Origin: the human T2T-CHM13v2.0 reference genome, Homo sapiens
Strand: one strand, 5' to 3'
Length of the DNA stretch: 64,000 bases
NCBI RefSeq assembly: GCF_009914755.1
Contig: NC_060927.1
The notes beneath the pieces were generated by a model, which was not told the DNA's origin, searched no databases, and worked only from the letters and a program-made list of their open reading frames with translations. Each line of letters begins with the position of its first letter. The stretch's first letter is position 1. The position numbers were made by a program, and so were the translations under genes. This document shows, piece by piece, positions 1 through 14,507 of the stretch.

Positions 1-270
1 TGATTGAGAGGCTCTTTAGGTCATTATAGTGCCCCAGGATGATTGTCATGAACTTGGATTGTCAAAGAACAAGAAATGCACATTAACAGATATTTCCAGG
101 ACATCTTTAGAAACCAGTTAGAGTTTATTGTACAACTAGAGACTTAACTCCAAGAAATGAAGTGAGATACATCCCTCTTTGGTAAAATTTTCACCTAAAT
201 CAATAGCCATGTGTCTTTAAGGGCATTAAGAATCTGCCGGCCTAGAGTAAAATCAGAAAATCCCACCAAC

Positions 271-588
271 CTTTGACTGATAACGTCACTTCAGCCAGGT
301 GTTCCCGCTTGAAAGCGTCTTTTTCATACTTCAGAACAACACACTCGTATGTGCCCTCGTCAGATGGGCGCAGAGCCAGGATCACAATGGAGAGGTTATT
401 AGTGATATCAAAGATGGTCCGGTTCTTGTACTCGGGCCATATATTCATGTCCCCAGACATCATAGTCAGCACCATTTTCTTCTCCTTTTGCCAGTAGATG
501 CGAGTTTGTGCCAGCTCTTCAACAGAAACATTGTGACCACAGGACAGCGTTGCCACTTCTTTCACTTCCTTGGTCACGTGGATAACAC
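271..588 (-). CDS. CD80: CD80 exon 3, IgV domain (318 bp); the gene continues beyond the window start
   Basis: Translates to VIHVTKEVKEVATLSCGHNVSVEELAQTRIYWQKEKK...DEGTYECVVLKYEKDAFKREHLAEVTLSVK, the B7-1 IgV domain. Acceptor AG at 590-589, donor GTTGGT at 270. Phase matches exon 2. Confidence 0.99.
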
Positions 589-749
589 CTATGGAGAGGC
601 AAACAGAACAAGATTGTATATTTATTAAATACAGATTCCTGCATGGTCAGGAATCCAAAGTCGGCAGTAACAGAACTTAGGGTGTTGTGTCTAGTGACTA
701 AGTATCAATCCAGTTTGATTTTTGGGGTCCCCAATGCTTTTTTTCTCTT

Positions 750-1676
<927 letters not shown>

Positions 1677-2536
1677 CGCAATGCTTGTTAAAGGTTTTGG
1701 AAGTCACTATCTAGAAAAACTAAATGTGATTGCATAAAAAACAAATTTGGTTTTGAAAACAATGAAGACAAATCACTAAAATCAGACTCATGGACCAATC
1801 ATTATAACATAACCTATCCCCTTCCTTTTTCTTGAGAATTTTCCAATGACATGCAAGATTTAGGAGCATATGAGCCTTCTCTCACAGCAGGCAATTTTTA
1901 GTCCTATTACTTCTTATTTGGTTTACCTAACACAATACCACCCCCAAGAGAAGTCAGTCCTGACTAAGGTTCTGGGTACAGTGGTGGTGGAGGAGGGCAA
2001 GGTGCTGTTGCCCACCTCTGTCTAGATAGCCTATATTGAATTACTCTTCATACTATTTCCTTTTTTTGCTTCCTCTGTGGTGGCTCTATGGAGGGGACAG
2101 GTGCTATGTCATTTAATCCCCCAACAACCCCACAAGATATGTATTATTTTCCCCATTTTGCAGCTGAGACAACTGAGAGATTGAGAGGTTCAGGAAGTCT
2201 AGGACAGGGCAGGTCAGCCTGAGATTCCAAGGGCCTATGATTCTGCAGTCATGACGAAGAATAAGGGAGGGAGATGAGGTCAACTAAGAAGAAAAAAGAG
2301 GGCCATACTTTAAATAGGTAGGGAATATAATCAATCTTCATTATTCATGAATTCTCACTTACAGAAGGCCTCCTTCTTGGATCTGTTGCCTGGTCACTTG
2401 ATTAGGTAATTTTCAGCTACTACTGCCTTGAGAAATAAGGAAGAATTTCACTGTAAAGACCTAGTCTCTGATGCTCACTGCCTTTTCCCTTGCGTTTCTC
2501 CTACAGCCCCTCTCCCCACAATCACGTGATGCAACA

Positions 2537-2561
2537 ACACACACACACACACACACACACA
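2537..2561. repeat. (CA)n microsatellite
   Basis: About 12 CA units. Confidence 0.95.
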
Positions 2562-2859
2562 GATATGCACATGTACACGCATTCATTTAAACTACAGAAC
2601 TGCATTTAACCGTGGGAAAAATCTAAGAATAAATTTTATCCAGATTAAGTGAGCTAAAGACAATCCATTTCATGTGACTTCAGTGGCGTGGCACAGGAAT
2701 AAAACCTTCATCTGTCACCTTAATACACATCCTGATTCCTCCCCTTTTCACTTGAGTGACTTAGGATTTAAAGCTCTCAGGACTGCCTACTTCCCTACCT
2801 ACCTTAAAGGCAACCATGACTAAGTGCACCCTGCTAACATCCTTGCCTAGAGGCTCCTG

Positions 2860-3030
2860 GTTGTTGGTATAGAAAGAACATGGGCTTTTTTCATTCAATA
2901 AAATCCACAGTAGTTGTGTGACCTTAAGCAACTTACTTTACTTCTCTGAACCCCAGTCTTCACATTGGTTATTATGAAGATTAAATGAGATAATTTATGG
3001 CAAGCACATACTGTAATTCAATGCCTAGAC
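2860..3030. mobile_element. MIR fragment
   Basis: MIR core TGTGTGACCTTAAGCAACTTACTTTACTTCTCTGAACCCCAGT and GATTAAATGAGATAAT. Confidence 0.7.
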
Positions 3031-3688
3031 CCACACCAAATATGAATCCCATTCTCCTTTCTCCAAGGGGGTGGGGAATTTACCAACCTCTAAGGCTTTT
3101 GATTTCGTCTTTGGACAATTTGACTGAGGAAGTTTTGCTTTGCTTTATGTTGAAGTCTGTTTCCCTCTAGCTTCTACATGCATTACAAAACACATCTCAT
3201 TCTTCTTATGTAACAAGACTTGCAGATATCTGAGGATACTTATATCCTCTCTCAGACAGTTCTGCAGGTTCCCATCTGCCCCTGTTCCTTATTGATGTAC
3301 TGAAAGTGAGTACCCTCACTTTCCTCACTACACAGTTTGATTTGTGTGTATATTTTTTTGAGAGAGCGAAGTCACTAAATCTAGCATTCCAGACATCCAC
3401 TGTGTGATTGGCTCAGAGTAGAACCGGGTTGTCACTTCCTTTACCTAAATCTATGTTTGCAGCCTAAAGTTGAATTCAATATATTAGCAGCCACCTTACA
3501 CCTTTGATATAACTATTGATATACTGACAAGCAAATTGCCTTATTTTTCCACCTATACATACCACTGTGTGCTGCTCCTACATCCAGTTCAACACCCCAC
3601 CAAATGGGTAAAGCTCTTCCAGTGACGTTATCTTTCAAGAGTTATCCAGAATCTTCCCCTTCCCTGAATCTCCATAAGACGACACATC

Positions 3689-4001
<313 letters not shown>

Positions 4002-4475
4002 ATGATGAGACATCGTGAGCATTCAGAAATATGGAAAGGCACCTGCTTGTCTTATGTATATAGCCAGATGCCTATGGGCCAGGAGTTGGGGACAGAGACA
4101 GGGATCCCTAGTGAGTGAGAAAGTCCACTGGTCCCCTGAGAAGACCTGAATATAAGTGCCAACCATGGGTTAAACGATGTGCTCAGCCCCAGGGGATATG
4201 AAAGTCATAGTAAGGAATGTGAGATCTGGAAGGGACTTCCATGATCATTCATTCTCGTGGCCTTATCTTACAAATGAGGAAACTGAGCTGAGGAAAAGAA
4301 ACTGCCCCAGTTTTACACATTTTTTTCTTTCTGGCCCAGGCTTTTAGGGCCATTCTTCTTGTTTACCGATTTCTTCAGTTTTAGGCCACAGTCAGTAAGT
4401 TAAGCCAACACTGTCCCCACCCACCCCAATCCAGCCCTACCACTGAGCCCTTTTGCTATAAGAAACAGAGTCCCA

Positions 4476-4864
<389 letters not shown>

Positions 4865-7011
4865 CTATTTCTACCATCTTCAGGTACCCTAAATGGATCC
4901 TATATCCTGCCTTTATCTCTTTGGCTATCTGCAGTCCATGCCATACAATTACCCTCCAGCCTGGATTTGCTAAAAGAGTTTTTATTTAAAATATTCTGTT
5001 CATTTCTCCATCCACATAGCCAAGAAATATCAGCATATCAATATCTAAACTAGTCTCTGTGTCAATAGCACCAAAATTCCTTAGCAGGCTGTATTTTCTG
5101 ATTTTTGGTTTAGAAGGCATGGTCATTCTTCCTAGGCTCTTGTAGGACCTAAAAGCAGCATCCCTCTAAGGCCCCAGCGCCCCCTGCCCAGTGCTGTCGT
5201 ACTGTGCCTTCTGGGCCCTGTATCCCCTGGAGCCACACAGATCCCCTTAGGGAGACCCATGTCTAGGGACTTCATTTCCAAGCCCTCTCTTTTCTTAGAT
5301 AGCAGGATCATGGGGCACTAGCACCTTTCCATCTCACCAGCCATTCTCAGGCCTCTGTCAGACTGGATACGGCCCCACCACAGCACTGAACAAGAGAGTT
5401 TTGTGATGGTGGGTATTTGCATAGCAAAGTGAGGTAATGCAGAAAGGTCCAGGCACCTCTTCAGCAATTGTGTGGAATGTTGCCAGTCCCTGCTTTAGGG
5501 AATATAACTGAAAGAAAGGAAGAAATAAAAAGACATACTTGAAGGGAGCATATTTCAAAGTGAAGCTATATTAGCTAAAGATCAAATGACAACCCAGACA
5601 CTCCTAGTGTTGCAAGGAAAGCAAAATGAGACGTAGAAGGAACATGGGCTATCCATCTCCATTGACTTGGATTCTAGTCCCAGCTCAGCCACTTGCTGTT
5701 TCATCTGTTTCTTCATCTCTAAATAGGTATGACACCTACCCCTTGGGATCACTGGAAAATTCAGTTCAATTAAATGATATAAATAAAAAGTCCCAAGGAC
5801 ATAGCAGGTCTTCTGTAAGAGTTTCCATTTTTCTTTCTCCCTCCTCCCACTGCCAACTCTTACCTTTCATTTCACTCAAGGGTTATGTCAGATATATAGC
5901 ACTCTGGTCTTGCTATGGGCCAGACAGACAGCAACTCACTTGTCTGGGCCTCCCAATAATAGGGTCTTTCCCCACCGAACTATTCATTCCCAGCCAAAAA
6001 GAATCCAATATTTCTCACTGATTTTGGTATGTGGTGATGTTAGCAAAAGTGAAAGCATAGCTGAAAGAGAGACTATCTAATTTTGGTGATGGCTTCTGAG
6101 GAGTTTTTGTCCAGCCTTCTGAGGAGAAGAGTGAAGAAGAACAGGACTAAAAAGAGGAACCCAAAATCTTCCGAACAATTTGGAAATTCACACGGGAACC
6201 CAGTTTTCGGGATTCCACCACACAGAGACAGAAAACAGTCATTATAAATTTGCCCAAATTTATATCAGTTTTGTCTGTTTTAGGGACTCCATCACACACG
6301 GACAAAAAGCAGTTGAAACGGAAATGTCTCTAACGATTTTGTCTGCTTCAGTGACTGGCGGGGAAAGTCAGCACCTGGAAATCTCAATATTACTGTCTCA
6401 AACCTGGTTGAACTTCTGAGCTTGCTTTGCCATTTTTGAATGGGCATTGTAACACCTACCCAACCCAGTGGGTGCAAGGATTCAAAATGAGATACTGCTC
6501 ATAAAAGTCCTCCACAGTACCTAGGACATTAGAGGGAGCCAGTGTCTTCCCCAGAGATCCACACAGTTCAGGTCCCACTTTGCTCACATCTACTCTCGTG
6601 GCCCCTTGTCAAAGAGGCCTTCCCTGACTCTCCTTGAACAGCGCCATCCTCCCTGCCCCCCTCCATCCTGCTACTCTTTAGTCTCTTTGCCTGATTTGTT
6701 TCTCTTCAGGCTTGTCTCCAGCTGATATATATTTTTACAACTGTGATGTATATTTACAGGTATATGTGATACATAATTACGTATGGAGCTATGGAGCAGA
6801 GGCTTCCTCCTTTGTTCACTGCCATATCTGCAGTGTCTAGAACAGGGCCTGGCCCATAGTAGGTGCTCAGTAAATACTTGCTGAATGCATGTCTAGGCAT
6901 GAGGAAATGAGGTCTGGCTCCATCCACTGTGTATTAGAATCATAACCTTGAGCAAGCTGGGTAACCTCTCTGGGCTTCAGGTTCCATCTCTGTAAAACAG
7001 TCATAATACTA

Positions 7012-7408
7012 TTGCTATGATTTGAATGTGTCCCCTAAAGGTTTTGTGTTGGAAATTTAATTCCGGGTGCAACAGTGTTGAGAATTGGGACTGTTAAAAG
7101 GTGATTAGGTCATGGAGACTCTGCCATCATGGATGGATTAATGCCATTTTTTTGGGAGTGGGTTCACTACAGCAGGAGTGGCTTCCTTATAAAGGATGGT
7201 TTTGGCCTCCTTCCTACTCTGCCTTGGGCGTGCTCTCCTGCCTTTCTATCCTCTGCCATGGGATGATGCAGCAAGAAGGTCCTCATCAGATGTGAGCCCC
7301 TTGACCTTGGACTTCCCAGCCTCCAGAACAGTAAGAAATAAATCTCTGTTCTTTCTAAATTACCCAATGTCAGGTATTCTGTTATAGCAGCACAAACCAG
7401 ACCGAGAT
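7012..7408 (+). mobile_element. MaLR solo LTR (MST-type)
   Basis: TGCTATGATTTGAATGTGTCCCC start; GGACTTCCCAGCCTCCAGAAC; AGAAATAAAT; TGTTATAGCAGCAC end. Confidence 0.85.
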
Positions 7409-7927
7409 AACTATCTTCCCTGCTTCACATAATTATCACAGCGATCACAGGATACCAGATGTAAAGTGCTTTCTTAACTTTAGAATGCTCTACAGATTTT
7501 AAATGGGGCTGTTCTTTCTCATGCACAACAGCCTGCTTTGCTGAACCACACCCCCATAGGACCAGCATCACCATGGTAACTGGCTGATTCTTGAACTGAG
7601 TTCAGTGCCCATAGCTGGCATGGGGAGCCCCTCCTGCACCTCTACCCAGCAGCAGTCAGAAAGGGCCAGAGGCTGTGAAAGGAGGCGGAGAGAAGGCAGA
7701 GATGGACGGCAACGCTGCTCGCCTTCTGGCGAATGCATGGAAACTGCCCACCTGTAGGGCACAATAGGGACACTCAACACTGCTGGCCTCAGCCTCTGCC
7801 TCTCCTGACCCCTTGGCCACCCTCCTGCTCTGACCACTTCAACTCTGGACTGCTAGCCACACAGGAGAGGAAGCTATTTGCCAACAAGAGTAGAGACCAA
7901 GAATTTTAGACAAATAATGGACCTCTC

Positions 7928-8261
7928 GGCCGGGCGTGGTGGCTCACGCCTGTAATCCCAGCACTTTGGGAGGCCGAGGCAGGCGGATCAGGAGCTCGAA
8001 GATCATCCTGGCTAATACGGTGAAACCCCGTCTCTACTAAAAATACAAAAAAAATAAATTAGCCAGGCGTGGTGGCGGGCTGATTTTTGTGTGGAGGACT
8101 TTTACGAGCTGTAGTCCCAGCTACTCGGGAGGCTGAGGCAGGAGAATGGCGTGAAGCCGGGAGGCGGAGCTTGCTGTGAGCCAGAGATTGTGCCACTGCA
8201 CTCCAGCTTGGGCGACAGAGCAAGACTCTGTCTCAAAAAAAAAAAAAAAAAAAAAAAAAAA
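7928..8261 (+). mobile_element. AluY with a 28-nt internal insertion
   Basis: AluY diagnostics (ATCCTGGCTAA, GAATGGCGTGAA, GGAGCTTGC); pure poly-A tail; TSD GGACCTCTC at 7919-7927 and 8262-8270. Confidence 0.95.
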
Positions 8262-8284
8262 GGACCTCTCAAGGGCTCAATCTA

Positions 8285-8407
8285 GGCCAGGCACCCGTAA
8301 TCCCAGCACTTTGGGAGCTGGCCAAGGCGGGTGGATTGCTTGAGCCCAGGAAATCGAGACCAGCCTAGGCAACATAGCAAAAACCCCATCGCTACAAAAA
8401 GAAAAAA
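8285..8407 (+). mobile_element. FLAM / Alu left monomer
   Basis: GTAATCCCAGCACTTTGGGAG and GGATTGCTTGAGCCCAGGA, then an A tail. Confidence 0.85.
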
Positions 8408-8414
8408 TAGATCT

Positions 8415-8826
8415 CAATCTACAACAGAATATTATTTCAGAATATTATTTGGCCGTAAAAGCGAATGGAGTACTAAGACATACGCAACATGGATGAACCT
8501 GAAAGACATAATGCTCAGTGAAAGAAAATAGTCACGAAACGCCACATATTGTAAGAAATGTCCAGAATATTCTTTCTTACCTGGATTCTGGAAAAAAAGG
8601 AAGAGAAAAGAAATGTCTAGAACAGGCAAATTCATAGAGACAGAGAGTAAATTAGTGGTTACGAGGAGATGGGGTACAGGGGAATGAGGAGTAGCTGCAA
8701 ATAGGCGCAGGTTTCTTTCTGGGATGATGATTTCCATCATCATCCAGAACATTTCCTTCTGGAATTCGATAGTGATGGTGGTTTCACAACATTGCAAATA
8801 TACTAAAACCCACTGAATTGTACACT

Positions 8827-8877
<51 letters not shown>

Positions 8878-9200
8878 CTGAGGCAGAGTCTCGCTCTGTT
8901 GCCCATGCTGGAGTGCAGTGGCATGATCTTGGCTCACAGCAACCCCCGCCTCCAGGGTTCAAAAGATTCTCCTGCCTCAGCCTCCTGAGTAGCTAGGATT
9001 AAAGGCACGGGCCACCTTGTGTGGTTAATTTTTGCATTTTTAGTAGAGACAGGGTTTTACCATGTTGGCCAGGCTGGTCTCAAACTCCTGACCTCAGGTG
9101 ATCCACCCATCTCGGCCTCCCAAAATGCTGGGATTGCAGGAGTGAGCCACCGTGCCTGGCTGAATTGTATACTTTAAAACGTTGAATTTTATGTCATTGC
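8415..9200 (+). mobile_element. L1MB-like 3' fragment interrupted by an Alu
   Basis: CAACATGGATGAACCT, AGGCAAATTCATAGAGACAGA and CACTGAATTGTACACTTTAAAA motifs. Confidence 0.8.
8830..9160 (-). mobile_element. AluS with (TTTA)n tail
   Basis: TSD TGAATTGTA(C/T)ACTTTA at 8814-8829 and 9161-9176. Confidence 0.95.
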
Positions 9201-10704
9201 AAATAAAACATGAAGGGAAAAGAAGAATCCATACTAGGAAGACCTGAGTCTTCCCCACCCTCTCCGTGCAGCCTGGAGGCCTGGAGGATGCAGTGGCCAG
9301 TCTGCAGTGCCCCTCCCAGGGAGTTCAACCTCAGCAGCCGTTAGAGAGGCTGCCCTCGCAGGGGTCTGGGAGCTGCATCACCACTGCTAGTGGAGAAGGG
9401 AGAGAAGCAGTTGACACAACATCTTTTAACTCACCAAATGACGGGACATACATGATCTCCCTGGAAACACAAGTGTGCTTTTTAAATAAACATTTTCCCT
9501 GACTATGAAATAAACATTCTTAGAAAGAATGGAAGATATAGAAAAGCGTGAAAGTCACCTATTGTCTCACCACCTGGAGATTTTACCGTTCCTGGTTTGT
9601 GCACACTCTTCCAACAGGAGTGACCCCCCTCTAAATGTTTGATTAGGTGAACTAGCACCGACAGGGCTGGTGTCAGCCCTGGGCTAGGTGCTAGCCACAC
9701 AAAGGAGACAGGCAGAGCTGCCTCTGGCAGCCACAGGCTTGAGACCTGTGTCTCCTCGTGTTCACACTGTTCCTGACTTTTCCCCCTGTTTAGACCCTGC
9801 TCATATACTCTGTACCATCTGATCCTTACTTTTTCTCTTTCTAAACAGTATTTATATCCTTAAAATGCACAGGGACTTGAACAGCTGTTGTCAGGGTGAT
9901 GATGGCAACAATCACTGCTCATGGGACCCCTGGGCCAGCAGCATAGCGGTGTGTGTTGCAGGGAGAGGAGGATGTGTTCTGTGAATGGTGGCACTTTGGG
10001 GTATTCTCTTTTCTCCTAGCTCTGAGTTCTCAGACTATAAACTTATAGGCAATGCTTTTCCTACATCTCTTGCCTCCTCCTACAGGAGGCCTTTCCCCTC
10101 TCCTTAGACCTGACCCTCTCTTAAAGGACTCCAGCTCTGAAGGAAAAGCTGCCCACATTGGTCCCTCTGAGGGCTGCCCTGTTAGAGCCTCTGCCTTACT
10201 GCCACCAGTTGCTGGACTATAAAGTCAGGCGTTTCTGCCTCCATAGACAGTGCCTGCAGGCCTAGAGGGGGAGAGGAGCCTGGCTGGTTCCACCCTGTGC
10301 ATGAAAGAGGAGTCCCTTCCCCTGGGCATCAGTGGCTGGGCAGGAGGAGAGGGGGAACACCTCTGCCATGGTGTGGCAGGAGAGGAAGGCCTAGTGTGGC
10401 AAATCTCTGCCCTGAATAAAGCCCTCTATAATCCTACTCCACTGTATTCACTGAATCTCACCTCCCACAGACCATGCACACTCACACCTACACTCCCGTT
10501 GAGCAGTCCTCACTAATTTTACATGGTACACACTCTCCAACCCATCAACTTCCTTCTGATCCAATTCTTTTCATTAAAGACATCATCAGTTACTGTAAGT
10601 TACTGAAATAACCTCCTAATAGGTTTTGCACAGTCACTGTGGCTGCCCTACAAGCCACTCTGTTCTTCAGTAACACTTTTTTCCTTTTAAAGTTATTTAC
10701 ACCT

Positions 10705-11190
10705 TTACTACTGAAACTCAAAGTGTATGGTGGAGCAGCATCAGCATCACCTAGGTGCTTCTTAGAAATGCAGAATCTCAGGCCCCATCCCAGACCCACC
10801 TAAGCAGAAACAGCATTTAAAAAACTATATAGACTTTATTTTTTAGAGCTGCTTTAGGTTCATCGAAAAATTGAATGTAAAGTAACCCCCTCCCCACATA
10901 TTCACAGCTTCCGCCACTGTCTACATCCTGCGCCAGGGCAGTACACTTGTTACAATCAATGAACCTACATTAACACATCATTACCACCCCAAATCTAGAG
11001 TTCACGATAGGGGTCACTCCTGGTATTGCATATTCTATGGATTTGGGCAAATTTATAATGACTTATATCTATCATTACAGTATTATGCAAAATAGATTCA
11101 CTTCTCTAAAAAATTCCCTGTGCTAGAAACTGCAATTTAGCAAAACCCCCAGGCTATTGGTATGTGTAAAGAGTGAACAGAGCTGGGGTA
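10705..11190. mobile_element. MER5-type hAT element split by an L1MC-like fragment (~10830-11125)
   Basis: GCAGCATCAGCATCACCT and AGAAATGCAGAATCTCAGGCCCCATCCCAGACC; the element resumes at AGAAACTGCAATTTAGCAA after L1 sequence. Confidence 0.7.
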
Positions 11191-13350
11191 GACCACGCCA
11201 CTCTCCTGGGTAAAGCCCTTCCAGCTTCCTGAATAACATGCGGATTCATGATTATAACTCACAAGTGCTGCAGGGTCCGGTTCTTGCTCACTGGGCCAGT
11301 CCCTCCTCTGCTACTTCCCAGCTCACTGCCCCTTCTTGCTGGCAGAGGAAGACAGCACTTCCTCAGGCAGTGCCTGTGCCCTGCCTTCAAAGCACGTGGC
11401 TTTGTTTGTTGGCCACACTTTAACACATTCATTTGAGTGGCTATTGGATTACTTTTCCTCTTTCCAATGATAGTAAATTTCACAAATGCAAGAGCCATGT
11501 CCCCAGGACCAAGAAAAGTCTCTTGGTTTTAGGAGATGCTCATGTTTGTTGAATTAATAAATGATTAAACAAAAGAATGAACACCTGTGCCAGCCTCATC
11601 CTTACCTTTGTGCCTTTGTCCAGGCTGTTGCCCTGACCAGAATTCTCTCTCCATCATCCATCTGCCTCTGTAAAGCCTGCCCTCCTTCCTGCAGCCCAGT
11701 CTGTTACCCACTTTCCCAGATCTTGGGCTCCTACAATCAGGGCAAAGCATTTCATTGCTCTTTGCTTGTTCTACATGGGTTAGCTTTGCATTTCCGCAAC
11801 TAACATATGCAGACCTCTTTGAGTGCAGGAATCCTAGCCTCAACTTTTATGGCCCACCTGGCACACAGTAGGTGCTTCATTGACTCAGTCACAGCAGCAG
11901 TAAAACCAGGATGTAGCTAGAGAACAAGGTGCTTTCCTAAACATCTTTCTTTAGCTCAAAGATCTCTTTCCACTTACCTCTGACCCTAATTTTCCTTGTA
12001 CAATTTCTAAAGTCTGGGTTTTAATTTTTATTTTATGTCCTCTTTTACTTTTTTTATTGTTCTCCCTCTTTCTGTCTCTCCCCCTCCCTGCCCCCCTTAT
12101 TTCTGGGAAGCCTGTACAAATTTCCTTCTATATATTTTAAACTCCTCTGTACTCCCCAGAAGACTAGTTTGGGAATGCTTCCCCAGCTCCCCAGAAGGAA
12201 ATTGTAACTGTTGGAAATGTAATGTAACTGTCAAATATATAAAAAACCTGAGGTGTAAATTGTGAAATGTAGGCCATGTTTCTCTTGGTTCTGAAACAAT
12301 GTAAAATAGCTCTGGACAGAAAATTTTAAATGACCACCATCGCAGTCAAGTAATCTGTGGGCCCCCAACTCCTCTTCTCTTCCCTCTACCTCTCTCTCAC
12401 ACCTCTGATATTCTAGGCAGTACTTTATGTGAGAAGTTTTTAAGACAAGGACCCTTAATAGTCGGGTCTTTGCAGACTGGCAAATCATGCTGGAGCCCAA
12501 ACTTCTTTGTTTTTGGGAAACTGGGAAGTATGCTGCTCACTAGAAAACAGATCTTTTGTTTTCTGACTTAAAAAAAAAAATCAGAACCATCCTGCCAGCA
12601 GGGACAAGCCTCACCCTTCTTGACAGTCCCAAAAGTTCAGCACTCTTAAGATCACCTGAGCAGGAACAAAAGCCTCTAGAAGTCAAATTATTACTTTCAG
12701 GACATATATGTAATACCTATGTGGCAGATTAAAAATAACTAAAAACATAATTTTGTGTTAAATCTGATACCACTTAAAGTCAGATGCCAATGTTGAAAAA
12801 AGATCTCAGCATCCAAAGCAGAACAAATAAGATTAATGTATTAAGAGGAACTTAAGAAGGTTAAGAAGATGAATGTCATTAAGAGGAATTGTCCTCAACT
12901 ACTCTCCCGCCTTCAGATTGGAAAGAAGATCACCATTGTTCAATTTTAGAAGCAGGACACTTTCGCTGAGCTGTATCATGAAAACATAGTTTGGGACTAG
13001 ACTCCGAGGCCAGTATCGGCACATCACAAAATGTAAATGAGCATCTAATATTCATGGAAGAGACCATTATGAATCGGCTGTATGGTTTTGTTAAAATAAC
13101 ACTGTCCCTTCCACGCTTCCTTGAAGGCCTGGGTTCTTGAGTTAACTTGGTTGCTAACTTGCTGTGTGATGATAGGCAGGTCCTTTAACCTCTTTGGACC
13201 ACAGTCTTCTAATCTTTAAAATCTTCTGAAAACACCCTGAAGGTTCCTTCCAGCTTATAGGATAATAGAAGGGAGCAGCTCAGAGAACCCCATGTCCTTT
13301 CTCTTAACCCTGTAGCAGTTGACTCAGTTAAGTTCCTGAAAGTTGCTTAC

Positions 13351-13450
13351 CTGAACAGAAGTGAGAAAGACCAGCCAGCACCAAGAGCTGAAAGAAATTG
13401 AGGTATGGACACTTGGATGGTGATGTTCCCTGCCTCCGTGTGTGGCCCAT
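13351..13450 (-). CDS. CD80: CD80 exon 2 coding part, signal peptide (100 bp)
   Basis: GCCATGG start at 13450; MGHTRRQGTSPSKCPYLNFFQLLVLAGLSHFCS(G); donor CAG|GTAAGC at 13350. Confidence 0.99.
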
Positions 13451-13650
13451 GGCTTCAGATGCTTAGGGTCAAAAGTGAAAGCCAACAATTTGGACCCAAG
13501 TAAGACCAGGGCACTTCCCAGGTGCAAAACAGGCAGGGCTGATGACAATCCAATTGCTCACGTAGAAGACCCTCCAGTGATGTTTACAAAACACACAGAG
13601 ATTGGAGGGTGTTCCTGGGTCTCCAAAGGTTGTGGATTTAGTTTCACAGC
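13451..13650 (-). other. CD80: CD80 exon 2 5'UTR part
   Basis: Acceptor CCTTTTTCAG|GCTGTG at 13651/13650, contiguous with the start codon. Confidence 0.93.
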
Positions 13651-14192
13651 CTGAAAAAGGAACAAATAAAAGTCATTCAGGAAGGAAGGTGTGCCTACTT
13701 TGAGTTGCAAAACTCTCGAGTTGCCTGCTAAAATTAATTGGAGAGCTTAACCTAAGCAACCTCTAAAGCAGGGCGTGACCCTGAGGAAAAGCGAATGGAA
13801 ATTCTGTGAGGGGACCAGTTCCAAGAACCAACCACAGCCCTTCCATGAAAAGGCTTTCTACTTAATAGGTGGGGTGAAGATTTGGTTAGAAACAGGAGAG
13901 CTCTAAGGACCCTCCATATCTGTTAGCCAACCTGCAAAAGTTCAAATCCTCTTCTGAACATACCAAGAAACATAGAGCAGACAGTAAGGGTGTATTTTGT
14001 CCAAGGCAGGACCTAAGTTATGAAACAACTTCTTTCTTGACATATTAACATAAGAAAACAAGTATCTCAATTCTTTAAACCCTCTACTCAAATAATATAT
14101 CATAAAGGGGTATGAGATCTCAATAACCAGAAAAGTCTATCCATAAAAAGGGAGGGAAAAAAAGACACTGCAGACGTTACTTATCAAAATTA

Positions 14193-14507
<315 letters not shown>

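Noticed and set aside
5098-5107. CTGATTTTTG as donor for the first part of the AluY insert
   Set aside because: Only 10 nt, and it also occurs at 31431; compatible with chance.
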